DNA from: Candidatus Berkelbacteria bacterium
Lineage (GTDB): Bacteria > Patescibacteriota > UBA1384 > XYA2-FULL-43-10 > CAINNR01
NCBI GenBank assembly: GCA_037142675.1
Contig: JBAXAF010000004.1
Coordinates: 326 to 64,325 of the forward strand
DNA: 64,000 nt
Reading direction: 5' to 3'
A program made the translations under genes and the position numbers. Positions 16,920 through 27,262 of the stretch are shown piece after piece (the stretch's first letter is position 1; each line of letters opens with the position of its first letter). The notes under the pieces were generated by a model, which was not told where the DNA came from, searched no databases, and saw nothing but the letters and a program-made list of their open reading frames with translations.

Positions 16920-18578
16920 TCAGATGTATCCGCTTTTTAGCCGGAAGTACATTCTGGCACTCACGTAACGGAAGAGGCGGACAGCTCGCGCCAGCCTGAC
17001 TCGTTGTGACGGTGAACTCATCAGAAATCCTGCTACTGCATGCTCGTCTTCGGCTGTTGCCAGCTTTTCGATGGCGTAGGCATGCAGCCCCTTTGGATGT
17101 ATGGGGTAGAGCCACTTGCTTTTGAAACAAATAGCTTCGGTGATGATTGGAATATAAGCTGGCGCAAGCTCAGATTGCCGGCTTATTTTGATGCCTGTGA
17201 CTGTCGGCATCAGCCCATGCCAGTTGATTGAACGGACGACCCAGTCGCGCTCATTGGCGCTGACGTTATCCAGTAACCCAGCCAGCAGGACAGGACCAAT
17301 ACGCTGGATGGCGGCGCGGTACTCGACTTCTGACGCGCCTTTGCAGAATGTCATTGCGGCGCCAACATGTTCGGCCCCAAATCGGCGTTCAAGAGCCCCA
17401 AAACTCATTGTGTGTGCCAAAGGCTTCAGCATTGCCGGCACAATCAGCGGGTTTCTGGACAACTCTGGAATGATCTCCTGTTCGGGACCGAAGATTCCCA
17501 TTTGTGGGTACCTTGGCAAAAGCAATTCTTGGGTCGCCATCCGCGCTTCTGACCGGTCGATGCGATTGCAGTTTCTGATCACCTCGCCAGCATCAACTTC
17601 TTCCAGTGCAACCGCCCAGAGGATGATCATCTTGCCGCCTTGATTCCCCCGATAGAGCGCATCAGGTGCGCCCATCTCGAAGGCCTCGACTACCCAGTGT
17701 CTGTCTGTCGGCGACCTCCATGTCTGGATGGCTTCTTGCAGTTCTCTCTCCTCAATCGACTCGATCTCGTTTTGTTTTGACAGCGCCAAGATCGCCGACA
17801 CCTCGGTTACCGTGCCGCGCCGGCCAAGTAATACCGAAATGACGGGAAGCAGGAAACCAGCCATTGGGAGACCGTGGTTTGCTACCAGGTTCGCAGCCTC
17901 GTGAATAAGTAGCGGCTGTCGTCCCCGACGATCGATCGTCTCTGCCTCGTAGAAAAGGCTAATGATCTGCCGTTCGTCCAGCCCTTCTACCCGAAATCGG
18001 CTGGCAAGCGCAGAGATGTAATCGTAGCCGAGCTCGGCGGTGTGGTAGCCCCACCAGAACCGGTCTTGAGCGTGTTCGTATTGTGGGTCATGATACTCTG
18101 GCAGTACGCCACGTCGGGAGGTCTCAGAAGGTGGAGGAGCCAAGTCCATGCCCATTTTGATCTCGGCTAGCCCGAACTTGACCGCTCCATCGATGTAGGA
18201 AGTCAGTCGGTTCGTGCCATAAGGATATTCCATATGTAGCACAAACTCGGTGGTCTCGCAGACCAGGTCGTAATTTCCGGCCTTAATCTGCCTGCCAATC
18301 TTCACCGAACAGTAATCATCAAGCGCAAGTTTGAACTTCGCCTGATACTCTATTAGCCTGGCCAGTGTTGGGTAGCCAATACGGGCAGCAATGTGCTTGA
18401 GCAGTTTGACGTATGCCCAAAGGCGCACATCTCCCTTTTCGGTGGTCACTTCGCACTCGTCATCACACTTTGTGACCTTTGGCTGAAGGCGTCGGACCTG
18501 CTGCAAGAGCTTCAAGCTCTCCAACAGAAACGGCTCAAGTTTGCCACTAATCTCCAAAAGTGCAACCCATGGTCTCAT
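16920..18578 (-). CDS. Hypothetical protein (552 aa), GC-rich
   Basis: Long ORF, GAGG SD, own terminator at ~16877-16908. Confidence 0.7.
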   Translation of the reverse strand: MRPWVALLEISGKLEPFLLESLKLLQQVRRLQPKVTKCDDECEVTTEKGDVRLWAYVKLLKHIAARIGYPTLARLIEYQAKFKLALDDYCSVKIGRQIKAGNYDLVCETTEFVLHMEYPYGTNRLTSYIDGAVKFGLAEIKMGMDLAPPPSETSRRGVLPEYHDPQYEHAQDRFWWGYHTAELGYDYISALASRFRVEGLDERQIISLFYEAETIDRRGRQPLLIHEAANLVANHGLPMAGFLLPVISVLLGRRGTVTEVSAILALSKQNEIESIEERELQEAIQTWRSPTDRHWVVEAFEMGAPDALYRGNQGGKMIILWAVALEEVDAGEVIRNCNRIDRSEARMATQELLLPRYPQMGIFGPEQEIIPELSRNPLIVPAMLKPLAHTMSFGALERRFGAEHVGAAMTFCKGASEVEYRAAIQRIGPVLLAGLLDNVSANERDWVVRSINWHGLMPTVTGIKISRQSELAPAYIPIITEAICFKSKWLYPIHPKGLHAYAIEKLATAEDEHAVAGFLMSSPSQRVRLARAVRLFRYVSARMYFRLKSGYI

Positions 18579-18684
18579 GGTTGGCCTCTATTCTTGAGTA
18601 TCGCACTCATCTTAGCTCATGATTGTTTTATGTCAATAAAAAAAGGCGGGTATTAGCCGCCGTTAGTATTTGTGCAAGCCAACT

Positions 18685-19503
18685 CTACTGTTGGCGTGGG
18701 TCCCTGACAGGCATGACTCCTTGGTTTGACAGACCGTGGTCTACAGTGTGGACCAGCGGGGAGCCGCCGGAGAGCGGTGACATGAGCCATGCGATATGGT
18801 TGGCCACGTCTTCAGCCTTGGTGTTCACCCCTAATGGAACGGCGTGTGGCACGGCCTCGTATAATGAGCCGAAGTTCTTAACTCCCTTCGCCGCGATGGT
18901 GTTGATCGGCCCAGCGTCCAGCAGGTGGATGCGCACATTGGACTTTCCCATGTCGCCGGCAAGGTAGAGCGCTATTGAATCCAGTAGAGATTTGGCACTC
19001 GCCATTTGCCAGTAGTCCTCGATGTACTTCTCGGCACCCAGGAGGAAAGTCATCGCCACTCCCACAGCACCGTCGTTTAGCCGCCGGCCGAACCCCATGG
19101 CACCTGGGCAGAGTAAGGCTTTCGACATCCAGTGGAAGGAAAGGGCATTGAGACTGAGTGTCTCGATCCATTCCTCGGTGGTCATTGAGAGGAAGTTTCG
19201 TCCTTCCTGCTGAATGCTTGCAGGAGCAGCAGCCACGCTGTGGAGGTATCCATCAAGCATGATCCCTCTGTCTTGCAGTTCGCAGCGCAGGCGGACAAAA
19301 TCATCCTCGATCGAGAAATCACACGGGAGGATGATCTCGCCATCCTGGCGGAATTTTTCCGCTCTTTCAACAATGCTCGGATGGCATGTGATTACGGGCC
19401 TTCCTCCGTGGTTGCGAACTGCTTCAACGGTAGCCGTTCCGATGCCGCCGCGTAGGCCGACGCCGGAAACAAGTATGGTTCGTCCTTCAAGTAATCGTGA
19501 CAC
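18685..19503 (-). CDS. fabI: FabI-like enoyl-ACP reductase (SDR family)
   Basis: LLEGRTILVSGV, CDF, DGYLHSVA, YWQMASAK (Y-x6-K), AGPINTIAAKGV, VDHG; start GTG 19503 behind AGAGGT. Confidence 0.8.
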   Translation of the reverse strand: MSRLLEGRTILVSGVGLRGGIGTATVEAVRNHGGRPVITCHPSIVERAEKFRQDGEIILPCDFSIEDDFVRLRCELQDRGIMLDGYLHSVAAAPASIQQEGRNFLSMTTEEWIETLSLNALSFHWMSKALLCPGAMGFGRRLNDGAVGVAMTFLLGAEKYIEDYWQMASAKSLLDSIALYLAGDMGKSNVRIHLLDAGPINTIAAKGVKNFGSLYEAVPHAVPLGVNTKAEDVANHIAWLMSPLSGGSPLVHTVDHGLSNQGVMPVRDPRQQ

Positions 19504-19667
19504 TAGAAAGCACCTCTTTGGGTTGCTGGTTTTATGGGTCTGCAAGAAGGAAAATACCATTTTTTATTATTGATGTCAATGACATCCAGGGCGGTAGAAC
19601 TAATATCTGACCAATCTGATAATTTTTGTGGTAAAATAGATCTAAATATTAAGGAGGAGGAAATATT

Positions 19668-20597
19668 ATGAAGTGGAAAGAGATTTTGCTAAAAGCGTTC
19701 GAGTACATTAAAAAGTACCGCGCGTTGTGGTATTTGGGTATTTTGGCAGCTCTGACTGAAGGTGGGTCCGGCAGCAATTTTTCCAGCATGAAAAATTCTA
19801 CAAGCGGGAATTCTGGTGGTTTAACTGACACAATGCAGTCATCACTACTCCGGGCCTCTGATTGGGTCTCTAATAATCAGACCGAGGTTATTGTTATTTT
19901 TCTAGCTTTTGTTCTAATTTCATTAATTATTCTCTACATTTCCTATTCGGCACGAGCTGGACTCATCCATTCAATAGACAAGGCGGAATCTGGTGGCAAA
20001 AAACCAGAGTTCCACGAAGCATTTCATGCCGGACAAAAATATTTTTGGCGTTTTCTTGGCTTATCTCTTTTAATGGCTTTGATGATTTTTGCCGTTGCCT
20101 TTGTTTTGGTCGGCCTAATAGCGATTTTTATCATTTTAGTTGCAGCTGTTAGCATGTGGTTCTTAATTGTGGCGATTCCAGTGGGGCTGTTGCTTGTTTT
20201 TGGAATTGTTCTTTTGGCGGTTTATCTTGGCTGGATATTGCAGCTAGCCTTCAGGGAGGTTGTTATTAAAGAAAAAAGCATTTCAGCAGCTTTCACCGGT
20301 GCCAGAGAGCTTATTCATCATAATTTCACAAATGTTGTTTTGGCATGGTTGATACAGGCAGCTGTCAATTTAGTTGCCGGAATTGCCATGGCAATTGTAG
20401 TTTTGGTCATTGGTGGAGCATTATTTGCCATTGGGGTTGGAATTTATTTCGCCGGCGGGTTATCTGCCGTTCTGGCCTATGGGTCCATTGCGATCATATT
20501 ATTTATTGCCCTAGCATTATTTATCAGTGGTATTATTGCTGCTTACATTTCAACTTACTGGACAATTGTGTATAAAAATCTAAGCACGAAATCCTAA
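19668..20597 (+). CDS. Conserved multi-pass membrane protein
   Basis: Strong GGAGG SD; several long hydrophobic segments; LWYLGILAAL and YFWRFLGL motifs. Confidence 0.8.
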   Translation: MKWKEILLKAFEYIKKYRALWYLGILAALTEGGSGSNFSSMKNSTSGNSGGLTDTMQSSLLRASDWVSNNQTEVIVIFLAFVLISLIILYISYSARAGLIHSIDKAESGGKKPEFHEAFHAGQKYFWRFLGLSLLMALMIFAVAFVLVGLIAIFIILVAAVSMWFLIVAIPVGLLLVFGIVLLAVYLGWILQLAFREVVIKEKSISAAFTGARELIHHNFTNVVLAWLIQAAVNLVAGIAMAIVVLVIGGALFAIGVGIYFAGGLSAVLAYGSIAIILFIALALFISGIIAAYISTYWTIVYKNLSTKS

Positions 20598-20692
20598 ATT
20601 CTAAACAAACCCAAATGATCAAATTTTCAAATATTTTAAACATTAAGACATTTGAGTTTTGATATTGTTTAGATATTAGAATTTAGAAATTT
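20575..20692. repeat. AT-rich palindromic repeat (family A)
   Basis: Near-identical to 12083-12205. Confidence 0.85.
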
Positions 20693-20705
20693 CCCCGGAG
20701 GGGAC

Positions 20706-22355
20706 ATGGTCGACATTGATCAAAAATTATTTAACTTGCGGCGGCAAGACGAAGAGGAGCTAACTCAAGCTTTGGCCGCTCGGCTTGGAATGGGTTACGT
20801 CGACATGGTCGGCTATCCTTTTGCGCCCGAGCTTTACATGTTGTTCCCGGCCGAAATAATGCTTCAATATGCCTTTGTCCCATATCTTAAAATCGGCAAA
20901 GAGATTAAGCTTGCCATTACAAATAGTTTAAACGATCGGTTGAAGAATTATTTAAATGAATATTCTCAGGCCAATAACACTAAGTTTGCCTTTTCGATAG
21001 TTTCTAAAACTGGCTTGCTCTATACTGTTGACTATTTTACCAAGCAGCAGGCCGAATTACAGAAAAAAAACCTGGCTATTTCTCAGCACCAAGAAGACCT
21101 AATTGACAAGGTTAGAACAGTGGCCGATATCGCCGAGGCAGCCAAAAGAGTCACAACCACTGAGCTGCTTGATTTGGTTCTAGTTTCAGCGGCGAAGATG
21201 AACGCATCAGATATTCATATTGAACCAGGGGAGGCAGATTTTCTTGTTCGTTTTCGAGTTGATGGTGTTTTGCAAGATGTCCTTAGGGCGAACTTGTCAG
21301 CATACAAATTTTTACTATCTCGAATTAAATTTTTAGCCAAACTGAAAATGGACGTAATGGTTGAGCCACAAGATGGCCGGTTCACCATTAAGCATGGATC
21401 AAGTGAAGTGGATTTGCGTGTGTCTACCTTACCTTCGGCTTACGGCGAAAGCATTGTTCTGCGTCTTTTGGGCCAAGAAATGTCAATTAAAAAATTAACT
21501 GATTTGGGCTTTCGCCCTGACGCACTGAAAATTATTAAAGATGCAATTTCCAAGCCACATGGGATGATATTAAATACAGGTCCGACTGGTTCTGGTAAAT
21601 CTACCACGCTCTATGCAGTAATTATGGAATTAAAAAAACCCGGAATCAAGATTATTTCACTCGAAGATCCTATTGAGTACCGGATATCGGGTGTTGAGCA
21701 AAGTCAGGTGGATCCTGAGGCCGGGTATACTTTTGCAGATGGTCTGCGAGCCGCCCTGCGCCAAGATCCGGACATTCTAATGGTTGGCGAGATACGCGAC
21801 AAGGAAACGGCTGAAATTGGCGTCCAGGCAGCTCTGACGGGCCACTTACTACTTTCAACTCTCCACTCAAATACTGCTGCTGCCGCATTACCGCGTCTTT
21901 TGGAAATTGGTGTCCGGCCATTTCTCTTGGCTGGTTCAATAAATTTAATTATGGGCCAGCGCCTAGTTCGGAGAATCTGTAAGTCATGTGCGCAACAATT
22001 TACTCCCACTGAACCAGTTTGGGAAGAGATACGAAATATACTTGTGCCAATTAAGGATCGGATAGAGCCACAAATTGCAGCTATGCTTGATTTGCCCATT
22101 GCCCAAGTTAAACTTAAACGCGGCATTGGCTGCCCAGCTTGCAATAAATCCGGATATTCTGGTCGTCAAGTCATTGTCGAGGTTTTGGTGCCAACTCCTG
22201 CTATGGAGGCTTTAATTGGCCGAGAAGCCACAATTGCCGAGTTTACAAAAACAGCCCTGACAGAAGGCCTAATTACCATGGAGCAAGATGGTTTGATTCA
22301 GGTTCTAAAAGGAGTTACAACTACAACTGAAGTTTGGCGAGTCACAAAAGATTAA
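20706..22355 (+). CDS. pilB: GspE/PulE/PilB family type IV pilus assembly ATPase
   Basis: ASDIHIEP, RFRVDGVL, GPTGSGKSTT, EDPIEY, LRQDPD, GHLLLSTLHSN, two CxxC motifs. Confidence 0.93.
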   Translation: MVDIDQKLFNLRRQDEEELTQALAARLGMGYVDMVGYPFAPELYMLFPAEIMLQYAFVPYLKIGKEIKLAITNSLNDRLKNYLNEYSQANNTKFAFSIVSKTGLLYTVDYFTKQQAELQKKNLAISQHQEDLIDKVRTVADIAEAAKRVTTTELLDLVLVSAAKMNASDIHIEPGEADFLVRFRVDGVLQDVLRANLSAYKFLLSRIKFLAKLKMDVMVEPQDGRFTIKHGSSEVDLRVSTLPSAYGESIVLRLLGQEMSIKKLTDLGFRPDALKIIKDAISKPHGMILNTGPTGSGKSTTLYAVIMELKKPGIKIISLEDPIEYRISGVEQSQVDPEAGYTFADGLRAALRQDPDILMVGEIRDKETAEIGVQAALTGHLLLSTLHSNTAAAALPRLLEIGVRPFLLAGSINLIMGQRLVRRICKSCAQQFTPTEPVWEEIRNILVPIKDRIEPQIAAMLDLPIAQVKLKRGIGCPACNKSGYSGRQVIVEVLVPTPAMEALIGREATIAEFTKTALTEGLITMEQDGLIQVLKGVTTTTEVWRVTKD

Positions 22356-22496
22356 ATAGCTATTATTTTGAATCGAGTGTCAGGTACTTGATTTTTTATT
22401 TGTTTTGTGCTATAATGAAATGTTCCAGGGCGAGAGACAGTCTGTCTTTATGACCCCTCAGAGAACATCGTGTCGTGCATAAGGAGAGTGGAGAGC

Positions 22497-23051
22497 ATGC
22501 GCTCTATCACTGCTAGCTTGATTGTTCTGATTCTCGTTGCGAGCATCGCTTTCGCGCAGGGCAAGGACGCCAGGCGCCAGCGACCGCCGAACCCACAACA
22601 GGCGTTCCAGCGGGGACAGACCTGTAACACGCCGCAACAGCGGCGCCTGCAGCCCCATCGGCAGTACGACGCTCCTCGCCGCAACGACCGCGACCACGGA
22701 CGCCGCCCGATCACATTGGGCAGCATCCTCCACGACATCTTCAGCTCGCCTGTCGTCATCGTGGACGAGCGGCCAGACTACTATCCGCAGGTTTGCCAAA
22801 CGTCGCGCGTCGCAAAGGTTGTCGATGTGGACGGCGAAAATGTGTATGTGAACGCGCCGTTTGCAGTTGGTAGCCGAGTCCTTGATGTGTCATGGGTTCT
22901 CGACCCGGTGACAGACAGGAGAATATGTCGAAAAACCGACGCGACGCTAGTTGTTGTCGCATCAGATGGCCACAGATCTTCGCTCTGTCGGGTCATAAGT
23001 ACGGAGCCATGGTGCTTCGTCGCCCCGGGAGACGAAATAGTAGTACGCTAG
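22497..23051 (+). CDS. Exported protein with a Q/R/P-rich linker and FlgT-C-like beta domain, GC-rich
   Basis: Signal peptide (AFA/Q); KVVDVDGENVYVN...LDPVTD...GDEIV pattern; promoter at ~22388-22416; terminator at ~23064-23100. Confidence 0.6.
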   Translation: MRSITASLIVLILVASIAFAQGKDARRQRPPNPQQAFQRGQTCNTPQQRRLQPHRQYDAPRRNDRDHGRRPITLGSILHDIFSSPVVIVDERPDYYPQVCQTSRVAKVVDVDGENVYVNAPFAVGSRVLDVSWVLDPVTDRRICRKTDATLVVVASDGHRSSLCRVISTEPWCFVAPGDEIVVR

Positions 23052-23210
23052 CTTGATTGTTCACGGTGTCTGGCAATGAAATTGCCAGACACCATTTTTA
23101 TTGGTTAATTTGAAACTAAAGTAACAAAAAAACCGCCCAGCATACTGCAGAAATTGCAATATGACCAAGGCGGTTTAATTTGTAACTCGAGAATCGTCAG
23201 TGCTAGAGAG

Positions 23211-23549
23211 CTATTTGACTGTTCCCTGTTGGATGCCTGTTCCAAGACCAACGGCGACTCTGGCAATGTAGTATGCGAGTATAATAATTATTATGCCGAT
23301 AATAGCGTTAATCACACCTTGCTGTCCCTTTTTAGCTGAATCCGGGTTGCCAGCAGCAGTAATGTAGAGAATACCTGAATAAATTAAATATGCAATTGCT
23401 AAAATTCCGGCAATCAATAAAACAAAATTAATAACAGTATTTGCAATGCTGGAGATTTGAGTACTGCCACCTGTTTGAGCAGGTTTAAGGAAATTAAATG
23501 TAGCAGCATGCGCTTTTGGCATTAACCAATTTGTAATCGTCGAAATCAT
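23211..23549 (-). CDS. TrbC/VirB2-like pilin (CPR-type)
   Basis: IAGILAIAYLIYSGILYITAAGNPDSAKKG...NAIIGIII; AGGAGG SD. Confidence 0.85.
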   Translation of the reverse strand: MISTITNWLMPKAHAATFNFLKPAQTGGSTQISSIANTVINFVLLIAGILAIAYLIYSGILYITAAGNPDSAKKGQQGVINAIIGIIIIILAYYIARVAVGLGTGIQQGTVK

Positions 23550-23627
23550 CGATCCTCCTTAAAAATTATTTTTTTATCGTTGCTAATTTAATAGTATTAC
23601 AGGCAAATTTGGTTGTCAAGCTTTTAC

Positions 23628-25964
23628 TTAAGCTACAATTAGGCCAAAGGTATTTATCAGCACATTAGCGGATAAAATTACCGCTAGTCCGATGACAGCC
23701 CAGACAATAGTTTTTTTAGCATTTTCGGCCTTTGAGTCATCGCCTAACGAGGTGATATAGAGAAAGCTTCCATAAAGGATAAGAAAAACAGCGACGACTT
23801 CGGCATAATAAATTGCCAGCTGAATGATTCGCCAGATAAAGCCGTTGTTATGACCAATAATGTCCATAATACTAGCGTTCGGACCGCCAAAACTTGTGGG
23901 CACAATGGTATTTGTATTAGATACTGGGTCGGGACTGTTGCCTATAATACCTTGTACTTCGGCAATGGTTGTTCTAACCAACATTACGCATAGTACGGCG
24001 CCGACAATCCCATAAACAGAAAATAATATTGCTTTTTTGCCAGTTTCTGCGCCCTTGGAGTCGCCGCCTGCGGTAATGTATTTCATGCCAGCGAGAATAA
24101 TGGCTAAGATTGCCACAATTCCCATTATCAATAGGGAGAAGCTGCCAATTTTATGGACTAGTCCGTCAATAGTTGTTAAAGCAGATTTTTGTAAATTCGC
24201 TGCCCATCCTGGGGTGACACTGCCTCCAGTAGTACCGTCTCCGCCGTTGCCTCCAGTTTCATCTCCTCCAGTCATGTTTTTGACGACGGTGATATTGGCG
24301 CTAACCACTGGGGAGGTGCCGTCATATTCGGGATAAGTCGCATCTGATGCATTTGCTTTTAATCCAAAAACTTTTAGCATCACCGTATATGTGCCGGCGG
24401 TGGAACCTGATGCGTCCCAAGTAACAACTTTAGGGCTGGCAATGGTAATTTCATTTTGTACAAATGGGCCAAAGGAACCTTTTTCAAAGCATCCAGTTGA
24501 ATCATTGTTTGTAATAGTATCTTGGCTGGCAGTACAAATGTACCAAGAAATTTTGCCAACTCGCCCTGGGCCAGTTGTATTTGTTAAATTATTTGGGTTC
24601 AAATTTGATGCAGTAATCTTTATCTGTACATTTTTAGCGGTAGCCTGGTTGCTTAAATCAACTGATGCTGGTGTGGTTACTGTCATCGGCACGGAGCCGC
24701 CGCCAGGTGTTACTATATCTCCTACTGCTGGTAAAACAGTGACGGTTTTTGAAACGTTGCCAAAGCTGTTGTCGCCGCTTAGTGTGCTGTATGCTTTTAG
24801 CATCAGGGTGCGTGCCGCAGGGTTGGAGGTGCTTGTGTCTTGGCTGGTATCTGGGCCCCAATCAAATGTACCACTGCGCTTGGCCCCATCCCAAGTGCAG
24901 CCAGTGCTGTCAGAGGTTAATTGGCTATCACTACCATTGAAGTCGATATTACAAAAAGTTTTTTGATCAATATTGAAAAGCACTCGATCGAGTGATGCTC
25001 CATTTGTCATATTTAAGCCACTGAGTTTAACTGAGAAAGTAACAACTTGGCTTTCAGAATGCTGAATTGTTCCAACGCTTGAAATTGTTAATCCGCTAGA
25101 ACTTGAATCACCTTGAATCTGTCTGTTATAATTCGCAACCGCGGCATCAATCTTGGTTTTGTTTATTGTGTCACCAATATTGTCTGCCTCGGCGGATGCA
25201 GAATGCAGAACTGCCAATGCTAAAGAGTTGGCGTGAGGTTTACTATAATGATAGCTATCATCAATTCTAACACCATAAGCGTATTGGCTTTGGGTAGCGC
25301 TAGTAATTGACTCTGAAGTGACATCGCTGTCGCAGATTCCAAGTGAATCAGTGCATAACGCAAGAACACTGGGATCCTTGGTTAATACTAAGTTTCCAGC
25401 GACCCGAAAATTACTAGCTGCTAGCAAGGCGGCGTGATCGTAAAGAGTGATAGCGCTACTTAGGGCTTGGACATCGGGGCCATTATTTGAACCTTGCGCT
25501 TTACCTTTCGCCCAAACTAAGAATTTGCGAGTCGCTGATGAACTAGCCGCGAGATCACCATAGGTGTAGTTGTAAGGTGGCATCGGCACAATCGCCATTG
25601 ATGCGGTGATGTAGTTTCCATCACTATCCGGATTGCTTTGATAAGGAACAATATAAGCTGGGTGGATACTGCTGCTACTGCCCATAACTGAACTGATTTC
25701 GGCGGTATTGTATATTTTGAGAAACGGCAGACTTGAGCCTGAAATACTGGAAATTGAATATTTGCTGGCCGGTACAGCGGCAATGGTTTCTGCGGAGTAA
25801 GTAAAATCCAGGTCGTGACCGTCGCCAACAAAGACATTGTTTGGATCGGCCGAGGCGAAAAATCCCTTGTACACTACCAGTGAGGTGATGAATAAAATAA
25901 CCAAACCGAAAAGTACGATCAGTAAGTTTCCAATAAATCTTTTTGAAAGTGTCTGCTTTTTCAT
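23628..25964 (-). CDS. Large S/T-rich surface protein with two C-terminal pilin-like modules
   Basis: N-terminal TM; AGMKYITAGGDSKGAETGKK and GSFLYITSLGDDSKAENAKK modules. Confidence 0.8.
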   Translation of the reverse strand: MKKQTLSKRFIGNLLIVLFGLVILFITSLVVYKGFFASADPNNVFVGDGHDLDFTYSAETIAAVPASKYSISSISGSSLPFLKIYNTAEISSVMGSSSSIHPAYIVPYQSNPDSDGNYITASMAIVPMPPYNYTYGDLAASSSATRKFLVWAKGKAQGSNNGPDVQALSSAITLYDHAALLAASNFRVAGNLVLTKDPSVLALCTDSLGICDSDVTSESITSATQSQYAYGVRIDDSYHYSKPHANSLALAVLHSASAEADNIGDTINKTKIDAAVANYNRQIQGDSSSSGLTISSVGTIQHSESQVVTFSVKLSGLNMTNGASLDRVLFNIDQKTFCNIDFNGSDSQLTSDSTGCTWDGAKRSGTFDWGPDTSQDTSTSNPAARTLMLKAYSTLSGDNSFGNVSKTVTVLPAVGDIVTPGGGSVPMTVTTPASVDLSNQATAKNVQIKITASNLNPNNLTNTTGPGRVGKISWYICTASQDTITNNDSTGCFEKGSFGPFVQNEITIASPKVVTWDASGSTAGTYTVMLKVFGLKANASDATYPEYDGTSPVVSANITVVKNMTGGDETGGNGGDGTTGGSVTPGWAANLQKSALTTIDGLVHKIGSFSLLIMGIVAILAIILAGMKYITAGGDSKGAETGKKAILFSVYGIVGAVLCVMLVRTTIAEVQGIIGNSPDPVSNTNTIVPTSFGGPNASIMDIIGHNNGFIWRIIQLAIYYAEVVAVFLILYGSFLYITSLGDDSKAENAKKTIVWAVIGLAVILSANVLINTFGLIVA

Positions 25965-26563
25965 TAAATTCCCCAAACAGAAGTCTTAAACCCGGCAATA
26001 TTGCCAACCAATACAACCAGCATTAACAGCGCAGCACCCATGAGAGTGCTGAACAAAATATCTTTTGCTTCATTAATTGAGCTGGAGTCTCCTCTGCTAG
26101 TCATGTATTTAAACCCTGCATATATAACCATTAGGATTGAAAGTGCAACCGCGACTTTCATTGCAAAGCCGTACATTTTGCTAATATATTCGGTGTATGT
26201 ATAGCGTGTCCCGCTTTGTATTGCGTTGTCGGTTCCTCCATTTGGAAAACTAACGCCAACACCAACTCCCGCACCAGCATTAGTAGTTGTGTCAACGACT
26301 GTGGTTCCGGCCGGAGTGGCGGCCAAGGCAACAACTTTGTCATGATTGCTAGAAGAAGTTTCGGCAGCATCAATTTGTTCGTCTGTCACCGAGCTTTCAT
26401 TCCCCGTTACCGGGAGCATACAGGCGGTTGGCGCCGAGATGGGGTCATCAAAATAAACTGTAGAGTCTTCGGCCAGAATGTGGCTAGCAAAGCAAGCAAA
26501 AAGACTACAGACAATTGGTATTGTTGCCAGAGCCACTGTAATTTTATTACATCGATGAATCAT
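25964..26563 (-). CDS. Pilin-like protein with N-terminal extension
   Basis: YAGFKYMTSRGDSSSINEAK...TLMGAALL. Confidence 0.8.
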   Translation of the reverse strand: MIHRCNKITVALATIPIVCSLFACFASHILAEDSTVYFDDPISAPTACMLPVTGNESSVTDEQIDAAETSSSNHDKVVALAATPAGTTVVDTTTNAGAGVGVGVSFPNGGTDNAIQSGTRYTYTEYISKMYGFAMKVAVALSILMVIYAGFKYMTSRGDSSSINEAKDILFSTLMGAALLMLVVLVGNIAGFKTSVWGI

Positions 26564-26568
26564 TTTTG

Positions 26569-27258
26569 TTATTTATGGATATACCAATAGCCATTTAGCG
26601 CGCAAGAATTAAAAATATTTTCTACTGTGTCCTGGGTATTGTTGTTGTGAGGATCATTAATGTACACTGTGTTGCCGACAATTTTTGTTAGCACGATATA
26701 ATGGCTTCCCTTTGTATATTTTTGATTTTGACAATCACCAATAGTCATTATTATCGGAAGCAAATAATTGGATGGGTTTTGCGAATGCCATTTCAGATGT
26801 CTTTTTGCATCACTTGCTGATTGCTTCAGGATTTGTAGATTGTAGCGTTTGGCGAGTGCCGCAAGGCAGCCGGGAAAGTTGTATGTGCCGCCGTCAGTTC
26901 GGCGATATCCATTATCAAGACAATACTTGGCAGTTATCTGAGGTGTCACTTGCTGGCTTGTCCAATAACTTAAAACCATGGCGGCGGCTGTTGGTCCGCA
27001 GCCAGAGGTTGCAATTGTCGCTGGAGATTTTGCACCAGTTCTATCGTTAACCATCATCCCGTATTTATCTATATTTGAATCGTTGTACCAGGTTTGTTTA
27101 TAAAGTGGAACAGCGCAACTTGAATCGGGACCATTAGCAGAGACGGAAATTTTAGTTTGTACATAGGCAAAAACTATTGTCACCAAGGCAACTAACAAAG
27201 GGGCGGAGATAATTAATGCCACCAATTGTGTTTTTTTCAACTTAAATTTCAGACGCAT
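26569..27258 (-). CDS. C39-like cysteine peptidase, membrane-anchored
   Basis: VPLYKQ, TIATSGCGPTAAAMV, SHYIVL, INDP. Confidence 0.85.
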   Translation of the reverse strand: MRLKFKLKKTQLVALIISAPLLVALVTIVFAYVQTKISVSANGPDSSCAVPLYKQTWYNDSNIDKYGMMVNDRTGAKSPATIATSGCGPTAAAMVLSYWTSQQVTPQITAKYCLDNGYRRTDGGTYNFPGCLAALAKRYNLQILKQSASDAKRHLKWHSQNPSNYLLPIIMTIGDCQNQKYTKGSHYIVLTKIVGNTVYINDPHNNNTQDTVENIFNSCALNGYWYIHK

Positions 27259-27262
27259 ATTT

